IMG/VR virus record: IMGVR_UViG_3300011008_000023
Span: 34,594-98,593 of that record
Strand: one strand, 5' to 3'
Source: a virus
Taxonomy: Duplodnaviria > Caudoviricetes
Length of the DNA stretch: 64,000 nucleotides
Shown in pieces: positions 31,905 to 41,370 of the stretch. The stretch's first letter is position 1. Every line of letters starts with the position of its first letter. A program made the translations under genes and the position numbers. Under the pieces are notes generated by a model. It had not been told where the DNA came from, made no database searches, and worked only from the letters and a program-made list of their open reading frames with translations.

Positions 31905-32298
31905 TCAAATTTTCTAAACAATATTTTATAGCCGCTTCACAAGCTTCTTCGTAAGTTTCATCTGCTAAATCTGACACATTAAGAGTAGCACCTTTAGGAA
32001 GCTTATCTATATGGTACATGTATCCCTTTATATCTGCATCATAATATACATCTATAAATAGGTTATGTATTTCTCTCAACCATCTCTTTGCTACAGCTTG
32101 AGAAGGAGCACACACCTCATTCTGTTCATAAGGGAAATCATTATCTCCTTCAAAAGATAATACAGGATTTTTGCCATTCATCCAATATACTGGATATGAA
32201 TAATAGTCCTGATAGAATCCTTTTTCCTTTAACAGTTTTGCAGTTTCAAACGAAACATATTGTTGTTGCATCATAATTAAATCAGGTTTTCTAAACAA
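31897..32298 (-). CDS. hypothetical protein (paralog of 32277-32738)
   Basis: YVSFETAKLLKEKGF ... TYEEACEAAIKYCLENLI. Confidence 0.75.
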   Translation of the reverse strand: MFRKPDLIMMQQQYVSFETAKLLKEKGFYQDYYSYPVYWMNGKNPVLSFEGDNDFPYEQNEVCAPSQAVAKRWLREIHNLFIDVYYDADIKGYMYHIDKLPKGATLNVSDLADETYEEACEAAIKYCLENLID

Positions 32299-32738
32299 TA
32301 TTTGATTCCTGCTTCACATGCTTCTTCGTAGGTAGCGTAATCATGATAACTAAGCACATAATCCCTATATTCAACGATGTGTTCGTGGGGATTATTGTCT
32401 CCAACATAAGATATACGTTTCACCGGGGCACCATTTTCTGTGAGTATATATATCTTATAGTGATAAGATTTATCAGTAAATTCATACTCATAATCAACAA
32501 CCATTAGTATACCATATACCTCTCTTAACCACTTTAAAACCATTTGAGCAGTAGGCACAGTGCCAAATTCTATTTTAGCATATGATTCGTTCAAATCAGA
32601 GTTGGTAATTGCATTACTATAATGTGCTATTATGTAGTGTCCACAAAGAACCTTGTAATAGCAATAACATTCTTCATTAAACCCTTTCTCTTTAAGGAGT
32701 TTTGCAGTTTCAAAACTTACGTAATCTTCTTGTATCAT
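32277..32738 (-). CDS. hypothetical protein (paralog of 31897-32298)
   Basis: YVSFETAKLLKEKGF ... TYEEACEAGIKYCLENLI. Confidence 0.75.
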   Translation of the reverse strand: MIQEDYVSFETAKLLKEKGFNEECYCYYKVLCGHYIIAHYSNAITNSDLNESYAKIEFGTVPTAQMVLKWLREVYGILMVVDYEYEFTDKSYHYKIYILTENGAPVKRISYVGDNNPHEHIVEYRDYVLSYHDYATYEEACEAGIKYCLENLI

Positions 32739-32920
32739 TCAAGATTTATATATTTAAAATCAGGTAAATCATATGGATAATTATTATGTACCCATAATGC
32801 TTCTGAAATATAAATTCTATTACTTTCAGCACTAGGTGGATAATAAATATCACCACAACAAGCAATTGGCATATCCTGAGGATACTTTTTTAATTCCTCT
32901 ATTAATTTACCTACTGTCAT
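32735..32920 (-). CDS. hypothetical protein
   Basis: MTV..LIE.L..YP.D motif. Confidence 0.7.
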   Translation of the reverse strand: MTVGKLIEELKKYPQDMPIACCGDIYYPPSAESNRIYISEALWVHNNYPYDLPDFKYINLE

Positions 32921-32948
32921 GTTGTTAAACTTTTCTAATTTTTCTTTA

Positions 32949-33134
32949 TTACTTAACCTTAATTAATTTAATATACTCCCTTTTTGTACACTGATATACA
33001 AGTAAATACTTTATATTAGTATACCATAATACTACCCAAATTTCATTATTTCCTTCTACATAATCAAAGTATGGTTCAAATATACAGAATAGTATAAATA
33101 GGATAACTGCAGCACTACATAAAATTCCAAACAT
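32949..33134 (-). CDS. small membrane protein
   Basis: N-terminal hydrophobic helix. Confidence 0.55.
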   Translation of the reverse strand: MFGILCSAAVILFILFCIFEPYFDYVEGNNEIWVVLWYTNIKYLLVYQCTKREYIKLIKVK

Positions 33135-33137
33135 AAT

Positions 33138-33626
33138 TTAATATTTAAAATATTTCTTTCCTCTCCAAAAGAGTTTATAGTACCAGTGCTCTTTTACTCC
33201 ACACTGACTTTGTAAATACAATCTAATACATGGTACTGGACATATCCATTTAAGTTTCCTATCTATTCTTGTAGGAGTATTCATAACAGAAATATCAGTA
33301 TCTTCATAAATACTATCTATGGTAGTGAGATGTTGAGAATACAATGAATATGCTTCTTTTGAAGCTTCATCTTCTGTAAGACATCCATTAACCATATAAA
33401 AAGCTATGGCAGAGTTAATTGTACCATCTGAAGATACTCTTTTCCAAGTTTTCTCAATTGACTGTTTAAAACAAACAGCCTTCTCTTGTTTAACTTGGTC
33501 AAATGTAGCACTACTATATTCGGTATTGAGCCAAATAAATAGTTTTGGGTAATATATTACTGCCCAACGTCTTAGATCATCCAATTCTGAATAATCTTTA
33601 ATCCATAATTTATCAATTGCTGCCAT
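33138..33626 (-). CDS. hypothetical protein
   Basis: Likely start is the ATG at 33626 (MAAIDK). Confidence 0.7.
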   Translation of the reverse strand: MAAIDKLWIKDYSELDDLRRWAVIYYPKLFIWLNTEYSSATFDQVKQEKAVCFKQSIEKTWKRVSSDGTINSAIAFYMVNGCLTEDEASKEAYSLYSQHLTTIDSIYEDTDISVMNTPTRIDRKLKWICPVPCIRLYLQSQCGVKEHWYYKLFWRGKKYFKY

Positions 33627-33724
33627 AACTTTTATTTTAAATAAATAACTAAGGTTAGGAGTCAATAAAGAGTGGTGAATTATGTCAATTACTGATAACT
33701 AATATTTGAATTTAATCTTTACTA

Positions 33725-34810
33725 CTACTTCATATACGCACTAAATTCAGATGCTGACATATATTCATAGTGTACTTTACCAATAAATTCATCCAAAGTT
33801 TTAGCTCCACAGTATGACATAGCAGACCTTAAAGCCGCTTCAAATTGAGTCGTAAATGTGACTAAATTTGTAGTGACAGGTATCCAACAATCAGTTCCTT
33901 CAGGATTTGATTTTACTTTACCAAATCTGTCAATTTGACCTCTTTCTGAGGATTGACCATAATACAGGTTATGAGCAACAAATGATTTATTACCTGTTGG
34001 GTCCATATATTTAATTGGGCCAATAGTACCTTCTTCACATTCAGCAAAGCATTTACCCATCATTACATAGTCAGCACCAAGAGCCAAACATTTAATTGCT
34101 TTGGCAATAGTATTAATGCCACCATCAGCAACTACTTTAGTTCTAAAGCCTTTGATATTAGCAATCTCTGGATTAGAGTAAATTTTCATGCCTAACTCTG
34201 CAGACACTTCATAATTATTTATGAGATTTTTAGCACCTTTAATGCCTTCGAGAATATAAGGTATAGATGCATGGATGCCTGTCTGCACAGATGTAGTACA
34301 TCCAGAACCACCTCCAATACCAACTCTTACATAATCAACTCTTGCTTTGCAACATTCTATGTAAGTATTTGGGTTAGCAATATTACCAACCATTACAACT
34401 AAGTTATCTCCATACTCTTGTTTAGCATCTTTGACAACTTTGAAAAGTTTCTCCATATGTCCATTAGCTACATCAATAAGGATATAGTGTTTTATATCTT
34501 CTCTTGCATTGCAGGACACAAACATATTAATAAATTCATCAAGAGTAACTGCTTGCCACCCTAACCATCTAGAACCATTTGGAAGAATAAGTCTGTCCCA
34601 TCCGGGCCTTACTGGCATAATGGGTTCAAACATACTCTGTGAAAATGTGCAGATATTAGAGGAGTCAAGAATACAGGTCATTGGTGCTACGAAGACAGGT
34701 AGCTTCTCTCCTCCAAAAGGAGATTGTATAAAAGGGTTTACATCTGCCCTATGTTCAATTGAAGATATGTCTGCAGGAATTAATCCTACTTCATCTAATG
34801 AGTACATCAT
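33725..34810 (-). CDS. guaC: GMP reductase / IMPDH-family oxidoreductase
   Basis: IDVANGH, VGIGGGSGCTT (catalytic Cys), ADGG, GADYVMMG and LRSAMSYCGA. Confidence 0.8.
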   Translation of the reverse strand: MMYSLDEVGLIPADISSIEHRADVNPFIQSPFGGEKLPVFVAPMTCILDSSNICTFSQSMFEPIMPVRPGWDRLILPNGSRWLGWQAVTLDEFINMFVSCNAREDIKHYILIDVANGHMEKLFKVVKDAKQEYGDNLVVMVGNIANPNTYIECCKARVDYVRVGIGGGSGCTTSVQTGIHASIPYILEGIKGAKNLINNYEVSAELGMKIYSNPEIANIKGFRTKVVADGGINTIAKAIKCLALGADYVMMGKCFAECEEGTIGPIKYMDPTGNKSFVAHNLYYGQSSERGQIDRFGKVKSNPEGTDCWIPVTTNLVTFTTQFEAALRSAMSYCGAKTLDEFIGKVHYEYMSASEFSAYMK

Positions 34811-35195
34811 TTCTTTTATAATAAAAATATAAAATTAAAAATAAAAATAGTCCTATTATTATAAGATGAATCATTAAAAGAGTTTTATTACCAACTGGTA
34901 TTCCAATGTAATAATCAATATAAGTAATAATATTGTTTACTACAACATAATATAGGAACATTCTATGATATATACAAAATCTAAATACAAAGGATGATAT
35001 GTATATAAAAAGTAATGGCAGAAATGATATTCCTCCTATTAATGATAAAATAAAATTATCTATTCCTGCAAAATCAAGAAGCATATTTATAACTGAAAAG
35101 AGTGCTAAAAGCATTGGTATTACTTTTAGCACTCCTAACATTAGTTTATACAGACTTTTTTCTAACTTTTCCACCTTGTGAATATCTATTACCAC
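34791..35195 (-). CDS. 4-TM membrane protein
   Basis: Hydrophobic helices and FCIYHRMFLYYVV; has a paralog at ~58745-59146. Confidence 0.75.
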   Translation of the reverse strand: MVIDIHKVEKLEKSLYKLMLGVLKVIPMLLALFSVINMLLDFAGIDNFILSLIGGISFLPLLFIYISSFVFRFCIYHRMFLYYVVVNNIITYIDYYIGIPVGNKTLLMIHLIIIGLFLFLILYFYYKRNDVLIR

Positions 35196-35280
35196 TAGCT
35201 TTATATCCAGCTCTTGGAGTTTGTGGCTTTGGTCGTTCTTTTGTCATTTTATCTAAGACTGTCTTTATTTTAGCTTTCAT
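35146..35280 (-). CDS. small basic protein (44 aa)
   Basis: MKAKIK...RPKPQTPRAGY...RYSQGGKV. Confidence 0.55.
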   Translation of the reverse strand: MKAKIKTVLDKMTKERPKPQTPRAGYKASGNRYSQGGKVRKKSV

Positions 35281-35413
35281 TTTTATGTGTTTTTTTTTCA
35301 GTTTACATAAAACCCTCGTTCTTATCTTACAGCACAACTATTTATGCAGATTGTGAGGGTCATCTTCCGTGGAAGTCTACGAAACTCGTGACTACGGCTT
35401 ACACCTCTCTACC

Positions 35414-35444
35414 CAAAGTTAACACTATTTTTTGAATAAACAAA
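35414..35444 (-). promoter_or_regulatory. Bacteroidota sigma-A type promoter
   Basis: TTTG (35444-35441) and TAACTTTG (35421-35414) on the minus strand. Confidence 0.7.
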
Positions 35445-35462
35445 TTATTTTTTGAAAAAGTG

Positions 35463-35496
35463 AAAGAAAAAGGAGTGCAATGTTGATGCACTCCTT
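35463..35496 (-). terminator. intrinsic terminator after the tail spike gene
   Basis: AAGGAGTGCA/TGCACTCCTT stem plus a T-rich tail. Confidence 0.75.
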
Positions 35497-35569
35497 GGAG
35501 AAGGCATCTTCCACCTCCTCTTCTATTGGTTTGTCAATAACTCACTCAGTTATGCGTTAAAGTGGAGGA

Positions 35570-38500
35570 TTATTTAACATACTTTATATGTTTTAACACA
35601 AATGCCGATAATCCGAAATTATCAAAGGCTCTGAAGAGCGAATATGGCAAATCTATCGAGTCTATACCACAAGCAACATATTTATATAATACATCATCCT
35701 CCACAAACTGATTGCCTAACTGTGTATTACTATAATCATTGTTTATCCTCAATATAGCATTTATCCCTTTATAATTATCTCCGTCAATAGCACTAATACC
35801 CTCAAAACGATAAGTTCCCGTCATTACGTTGTATATCAAAAGATTATGGGACGAATAATCCGGGACATAAGGGGCGACTTCGATTGGGTAGGACGAGTCT
35901 ATTGCTCTTGCGCTCACATCACTTCCGCTACTGACCCCAGCAATTAGATTTCTGTATATCTTGACATTTTGCGAACCCCAGTCCAGATATATGCCATTTA
36001 TGGAATATTCACCGATTGGGGTAAGGAATACATTGTCACGGATAATTAGCCCCGTTGTTCTGGTATTGACATACACCTGCCCACCATCTTGAATATTGTT
36101 ATGCTGTTGCGTAATCCCATCGGAATTGTTCAAGAACAGATTTTTTTCGATAATTCCTCCGCAGTCATTAGGGGCAACCTTCTTGTATCCTGTTCCAGTC
36201 AAAACCGAATAGGAGAGGCAATTCACAAATTCATTTTCGTAAATGAAGGAATCGGAAGAAAGTATTTCCAGAGTGAAAGTCTCACGATGTATAGCATTAC
36301 AATTAACGAACTTGTTCCTTGCGATATGCACATTTTGACAAAGAGTGCCATTGTCAATACTATATGTATGCACACAATTAGGAGAACAATCTTTATAAAC
36401 GTTGTCATGGATGAAGGCTTTTTGGGAAGATGAAAAAAACAACGACCTTCCTACACCGATAAAGTGACAATTGCAAATTTCAAGAAAATTCATAAAAGAA
36501 CTCTCTCTTGAATATAACACATAACAAGCAGCCCTTGGTGCGCCATAATAATAAGTTTCATTATACTGCAGAGCACATCCTATAAAAGTGACGTTATTAA
36601 TTTCAAAGTGATTTATAGAGCAATTGTCAATCTTCGCCCAACATATATTGTCACATTCATACAAGGTTGATATAGATGATGGAATATAAATGTAACCATT
36701 ACGGACATATATCTTTCCATTACCTGGTTCATTTATCAGTTTGTACCTCGGATAACGTCCGCTATTACTTGTGTCAAGCGCAAGGTAATTATTAATCACG
36801 TCATCACATTGTTCAGTGCCAGAAAAGAACAATTCGTTGTCTTCAATTCTGTCAACCTTCCATCTATTCAATATCCACCCATGAGATGTGATTACCCACA
36901 TATCCGCACACTCTTCTGAGGTCATGTCATCATGCCTTAGTGGAAATTTAAACTGACGATTCTCTGCATCCACGACAGTGATAGGACCGTCCATATACTC
37001 CGCATCCTTTACCAAAGTATGAATATGTCCATCGTTGTCATAATAATTTTTTGTGGGATTGAACGAAAGGTTGTTACCCCCACCGGATGTAGAGATTAGA
37101 GGGAGCCTATAATAACCTCCCCCAACGAGTTCTCCATCATCCCTTCTATATATTTTATTCGAGCCAACAAATTCAACATCACCCTTGCCAAAAATCTCTA
37201 TATCTATATCAGTGTCATTGATGTTAGTAAGAGATATAAGAGGTTCGGGTGAAGACAAATCGTCCGAGCTATAACAATATACGCCGCTGGATACCTCAAC
37301 TCTGATATTTTTATATCCCCCGGAGATGGCTTCCGATATTGCATCTCCTATATTTTCATAATCTGACTGTGATGATATACCGATAATGTGTGGCGTGGCT
37401 TGACTAAGTTCTATGGAAACGGATGGGACTGTTGTTTCGTCAAGTTGATTTATGATTTCATCGTATTCACTTTTCGAAGCAGCAATTGAAGTTCCGAAAA
37501 TCGTCTTCTCTACGTCACCCCTTAAATATTCCAAACTATTATTATCGAAGAGCGTGACCTGATACTCTGCAGCCTCGTAAAGGACGTTGCAAAAGATATC
37601 AAGAGTATCAGCCTCTTCATTGGCAACAAATTTCACACCTCCGGCAACATATTGATAGACTGTCGATACAATTTCATTATTACTTCTCAAAACGAAGAAA
37701 ATGGTATTGGACAGAATTGGATCAATGTTTATTTTGTATATGATGCCTGGTATAAAATTATAAGTATATAGTTTTCTGGCAGAACTTCCAACCGTTATTG
37801 TTGACCAGTCAATTGAAAATTCAATTGGGAGAACAATGTCACTAATCCTTGTAACCTCTGTTTCAAGTGCGCTAACATTGTCTGATACCCCTTCAATATA
37901 TTCACCGTAGACGGTTATCTCGTTATTCGCTGAAACGTAACGAATATTGACTTTAGTAGCAGAACTTCTTGTGATATCGAATGTACCATTTGTTCCATCC
38001 TCCATTGTCATATTAGCCATGACAATATTACCATCATCATTGGCCAGGTACCCTTCTATCTGTTGTGACTGCGATTTTTTCAAAGAAAAATGAACCGTGT
38101 CTCCATAAGTTAGCCCCAAATCGGCAAAATTGAAAGAGTAAAAAGTACTCTCATCGTTGGATACTACTGTCTCTTTTTTAGTATACCCATTTACAGTCTT
38201 ATCAAGCTCGTTGATACTATCATTTAAGGATTCAATATCATCCACAACACCTTTTTGGTAAGGTCCTGACAAAGTTACCATTTGCCCTGATGCGCCATAA
38301 ATATTCGCATAAACAGCGGTATTGTTATTTATCACGAAACTACCATGACTATTGTCATCCCACGTTATGACCGCCTCTACCAGATTACTACTTCCGTTAT
38401 GTAGATACAAGTGAAAAGAACTAGATTTATCGGAATCTAATTCAATTTGCACAATATCGTCATATCCTGCATTTATTTCTGCGAATGAGATTTTTTGCGG

Positions 38501-38680
38501 AGATGAGGTTATTGGAGATGAGAAACTTATAACCCCTCCATTCACATCTTGCACTAACTGACTGACTTCCTCCAACCTCGTAGTCAGCGGAACTCCCTGG
38601 CCGTCCATGACGGCATCTGATATTGTCTGAGGATATACAGTTACGTCATCCTTGTCTTTTAATGTTTTTATTGTTGCCAT
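35570..38680 (-). CDS. tail spike / receptor-binding protein with right-handed beta-helix (putative depolymerase)
   Basis: C-terminal parallel beta-helix repeats (I..N.F.N; GIYLDWGSQNVKIYRN) and an N-terminal YPQT adaptor motif. Confidence 0.75.
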   Translation of the reverse strand: MATIKTLKDKDDVTVYPQTISDAVMDGQGVPLTTRLEEVSQLVQDVNGGVISFSSPITSSPQKISFAEINAGYDDIVQIELDSDKSSSFHLYLHNGSSNLVEAVITWDDNSHGSFVINNNTAVYANIYGASGQMVTLSGPYQKGVVDDIESLNDSINELDKTVNGYTKKETVVSNDESTFYSFNFADLGLTYGDTVHFSLKKSQSQQIEGYLANDDGNIVMANMTMEDGTNGTFDITRSSATKVNIRYVSANNEITVYGEYIEGVSDNVSALETEVTRISDIVLPIEFSIDWSTITVGSSARKLYTYNFIPGIIYKINIDPILSNTIFFVLRSNNEIVSTVYQYVAGGVKFVANEEADTLDIFCNVLYEAAEYQVTLFDNNSLEYLRGDVEKTIFGTSIAASKSEYDEIINQLDETTVPSVSIELSQATPHIIGISSQSDYENIGDAISEAISGGYKNIRVEVSSGVYCYSSDDLSSPEPLISLTNINDTDIDIEIFGKGDVEFVGSNKIYRRDDGELVGGGYYRLPLISTSGGGNNLSFNPTKNYYDNDGHIHTLVKDAEYMDGPITVVDAENRQFKFPLRHDDMTSEECADMWVITSHGWILNRWKVDRIEDNELFFSGTEQCDDVINNYLALDTSNSGRYPRYKLINEPGNGKIYVRNGYIYIPSSISTLYECDNICWAKIDNCSINHFEINNVTFIGCALQYNETYYYGAPRAACYVLYSRESSFMNFLEICNCHFIGVGRSLFFSSSQKAFIHDNVYKDCSPNCVHTYSIDNGTLCQNVHIARNKFVNCNAIHRETFTLEILSSDSFIYENEFVNCLSYSVLTGTGYKKVAPNDCGGIIEKNLFLNNSDGITQQHNNIQDGGQVYVNTRTTGLIIRDNVFLTPIGEYSINGIYLDWGSQNVKIYRNLIAGVSSGSDVSARAIDSSYPIEVAPYVPDYSSHNLLIYNVMTGTYRFEGISAIDGDNYKGINAILRINNDYSNTQLGNQFVEDDVLYKYVACGIDSIDLPYSLFRAFDNFGLSAFVLKHIKYVK

Positions 38681-38701
38681 AAATATTATTTATCTAAAAA
38701 T

Positions 38702-40510
38702 TCAACTCAATGCCGTGCCGTCCATGTTAACCCAATCCGTGCCATCGGAAACAATCATCTTTCCGAGGTCTGTGTCAAAGTAGGTGAATCCAACCCCTGC
38801 ATCAGATGCGGAGGGTCTCTGTGCGGTTGTCCCAGCGTGGGCAAGGAGTGGAGAGCCGTCCATATTGACCCAGGCAGTGCCGTCCCAAACTATCATCTTA
38901 CCAAGGGTAGTGTCGAAGAATGTGAATCCTGCATACAATAAATCATTTGAAGGTCGATTACTGGAAACTCCACTATTTACCAACTCAACCGCTTCGTTAG
39001 GGGTGCTTATCACCCAGGTATCTGACTCTTTTAGGCCGATAACTTCTAATAGAACGGCTTTATTGAAATGGAGAATTGTTCCAGACGTAGCAGTGCCTAA
39101 TGACAAAGCCCTTCCGTTATACAAGAAATTAGTAGCACCGGCACTTCCAAGTAAAACTTGAGCGTTATCCGATACCGATGCCTTGGGCACAATAACGTAA
39201 TAATGACAATCTGAGTTAAAATAAGTAGACACTTTCGGCAAATATATATATACGGAACTTGCCACGGAAATAGTTATGTTCCCGGAAAGAAATCCGATGT
39301 TATTCAAATTGAAATTCTTATTCCCGGTCCATGTTGTCTCATTCTCATAGGTGACATTGGGGTAGTTCTCGACTATATCAGTAATGACATCCTTGAAGTC
39401 ATCAATCTCCTGGTTCTGGTCGTTAATCTGCCTTTGCTGGTCGTTGATGATGGTGTCAATCTGCTGACGGTTGTAGTAGTTGCTCGGGACCTCCTCGATT
39501 TCGTCTGACTCGTCACCGGAGAGGAAATGCACGAAGTTCTGGATAGCGGAAGCGTCAAGAGCCTTCCCGGTTTCAGTCTCATCTATTGATGTGGTGAGCA
39601 CAACATCCCCGAGAGAGACACCGGAATCTCCTTTGTCACCCTTGTCACCTTTTGGCCCGGTCAATCCGGCTGCGCCCTGCAGCCCCTGCGGACCAGTTGG
39701 GCCTTGGATTCCCCTCTCTCCGTTGAGGAAAGTGAAATCACTTGTGGTTCCGTCAGAGTAAGTGACACGGCATCTGTTAGTCCCGCCGCTGAATTCAGAT
39801 GTGGCAATCTGGTCGACTGACACGATTCCCTTTCCGTTCTTTATGTCAACCGATGTGGATTCCCCGTTGCTCAGCGTAATAGTCAACACACTCGTTCCGC
39901 TGTCTTCAGTGGACTGTTCGACATTCCAATCGGAAACGCTGATTCCTTTTGCTCCATTGGGGTCATTGAGCCACTCTTCTTCCGTACCTTCGTAACCATT
40001 TCTTACAGCCACTTCATAGGCGGATGCGCCTCTGAGTTCTCCACAATCTTGATAGAAACCATCAAGAGTGTCCCCATTCTCACCTACCCATACATAAAGA
40101 TGCTCATTAATAAGGTAGCCAAACTGAGTTTCTTCAAGAGGAAGTTGTGCTAATGTTTCAAGTGCTTTAAAACCTGTTAAGGTTCCAAAACTTGCTCCTC
40201 CAAACAAACCTTTTGTCCACTGTTCACCATCCCATAAAATAAAAATGGCCTCACCGCTATCTACAGCAATGTTGCCAAATGAGGTGTAAACACCAGGAAC
40301 ACTTGCACCATAAAAGACCCTCTGGTCTGTAATGGTTGGTGTGTCTGTTGGAAGAACAACTCCTCCAAATCTGTAACCCTCATTTAGGATTCTATCCATT
40401 GTTACATTTGACGTTGTGTAGACAGCTCTTGTTGAAGTTATAGGATATATAACTTGCTTACTACCATCTGGCTTAATGGTCTCATCATACAATTTCCTAA
40501 TTTTAGCCAT
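38702..40510 (-). CDS. tail fibre protein with collagen-like repeats
   Basis: GASAYEVAV.NG..GTEEEWL, a G-X-Y run (GIQGPTGPQGLQG...GDKGDKGD) and a duplicated C-terminal FDT.LGKMIV.DG..WVNMDG module. Confidence 0.8.
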   Translation of the reverse strand: MAKIRKLYDETIKPDGSKQVIYPITSTRAVYTTSNVTMDRILNEGYRFGGVVLPTDTPTITDQRVFYGASVPGVYTSFGNIAVDSGEAIFILWDGEQWTKGLFGGASFGTLTGFKALETLAQLPLEETQFGYLINEHLYVWVGENGDTLDGFYQDCGELRGASAYEVAVRNGYEGTEEEWLNDPNGAKGISVSDWNVEQSTEDSGTSVLTITLSNGESTSVDIKNGKGIVSVDQIATSEFSGGTNRCRVTYSDGTTSDFTFLNGERGIQGPTGPQGLQGAAGLTGPKGDKGDKGDSGVSLGDVVLTTSIDETETGKALDASAIQNFVHFLSGDESDEIEEVPSNYYNRQQIDTIINDQQRQINDQNQEIDDFKDVITDIVENYPNVTYENETTWTGNKNFNLNNIGFLSGNITISVASSVYIYLPKVSTYFNSDCHYYVIVPKASVSDNAQVLLGSAGATNFLYNGRALSLGTATSGTILHFNKAVLLEVIGLKESDTWVISTPNEAVELVNSGVSSNRPSNDLLYAGFTFFDTTLGKMIVWDGTAWVNMDGSPLLAHAGTTAQRPSASDAGVGFTYFDTDLGKMIVSDGTDWVNMDGTALS

Positions 40511-40570
40511 AATACATTAAATGTTAAATATATAAATTAGTTTGATACTAATTTGGTTTAAGTATCATGG

Positions 40571-40602
40571 CAAAATTAGTCTAAATTTATGATAATTGCA
40601 AG
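40571..40602 (-). promoter_or_regulatory. Bacteroidota sigma-A type promoter for the tail fibre genes
   Basis: CTTG (40602-40599) and TAATTTTG (40578-40571) on the minus strand. Confidence 0.65.
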
Positions 40603-40643
40603 AACTCTATAATTTTATTTATGTGAAATAAATTAATTTATTC

Positions 40644-40844
40644 TTAAAGATAGTGTATATATCTCTTAAGATACATACTTACCATTTCTTTGCAGAAATC
40701 TCTTTCTTTCTGAGTAACTGCTTTGTTATAATTACTCTTCCAGTAAATCATTTGACTATGCATGTCATTTAATCGCTTGAAAGAATACTCATTTGACTGA
40801 ACCATTCTTTTAAGATAACCAATTTTTGATATTATATTCTTCAT
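40644..40844 (-). CDS. hypothetical protein
   Basis: 66-aa ORF just downstream of tRNA-Leu. Confidence 0.55.
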   Translation of the reverse strand: MKNIISKIGYLKRMVQSNEYSFKRLNDMHSQMIYWKSNYNKAVTQKERDFCKEMVSMYLKRYIHYL

Positions 40845-40860
40845 TTTTGTTTAGTATTTG

Positions 40861-40945
40861 TACCTCAGATGAGACTCGAACTCACACAGGCATTACTGCC
40901 CAAGGGATTTTAAGTCCCTCGTGTCTACCATTCCACCACTGAGGC
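40861..40945 (-). tRNA. tRNA-Leu (UAA)
   Basis: GCCTCAG/CTGAGGT acceptor, GGGA-CTTAAAA-TCCC anticodon arm, long variable arm and GTTCGAGTC T-loop. Confidence 0.93.
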
Positions 40946-40968
40946 AACTATATTTACAAAATATTAAG

Positions 40969-41006
40969 AAAAAAAGAGAGATAGGCAAGACACCCAATTT
41001 CCCTTT
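40969..41006 (-). terminator. probable terminator closing the hairpin array
   Basis: AAGGGAAATTGGGT/GCCTATCTCTCTT imperfect stem followed by T7. Confidence 0.5.
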
Positions 41007-41014
41007 ATAATATT

Positions 41015-41370
41015 CAGAAGTCAAAGATATTTCTTTTGTTATCGTTATTATGTACTTAAAATAACTTTGCTGTAATGACTTCCATACTAATACATCTTTT
41101 AAAGAACCACAGTTTTTATTTTCTATGGAGAAATATGAGATGTATTAAAGAATCAGCAGACGGGTATATAATTTAGCAAATTATTCCAAACAATGTTGCT
41201 GTATGTCTGCCTTGTATATGTATCAGAAGACCAAAAAAGAAATCATATTTACCAATTATGCTCTTCATTTTGCTGTAATGTCTTCCATTATACATTTCAA
41301 ATATCAGAAGTCAAATAAGTCTCTTTTTGCACTATTATTAATGTGTAATAATCTTGCTGTACTGACTTCC
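41015..41370 (-). ncRNA. array of four small hairpin RNA units (41305-41370, 41224-41286, 41154-41211, 41015-41083)
   Basis: Each unit reads GG(A/C)AG(U/A)CA-[0-1 nt]-UACAGCAA-variable 34-43 nt-G(A/U)CU(U/G)CUGA, with compensatory stem changes. Lies directly downstream of the TROVE-like gene. Confidence 0.75.

Noticed and set aside
35570-40510. Diversity-generating retroelement or invertible tail locus
   Set aside because: No reverse transcriptase, adenine-specific template/variable repeat pair or recombinase was seen in this window.
41170-41182. 13-nt match between the U3 loop and 55478-55490 (aatttagcaaatt) as a guide target
   Set aside because: A match of this length is plausible by chance in 64 kb of AT-rich DNA.
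41015-41370. CRISPR array
   Set aside because: The repeats are not identical, each unit is an inverted pair enclosing the variable part, and there are no cas genes.
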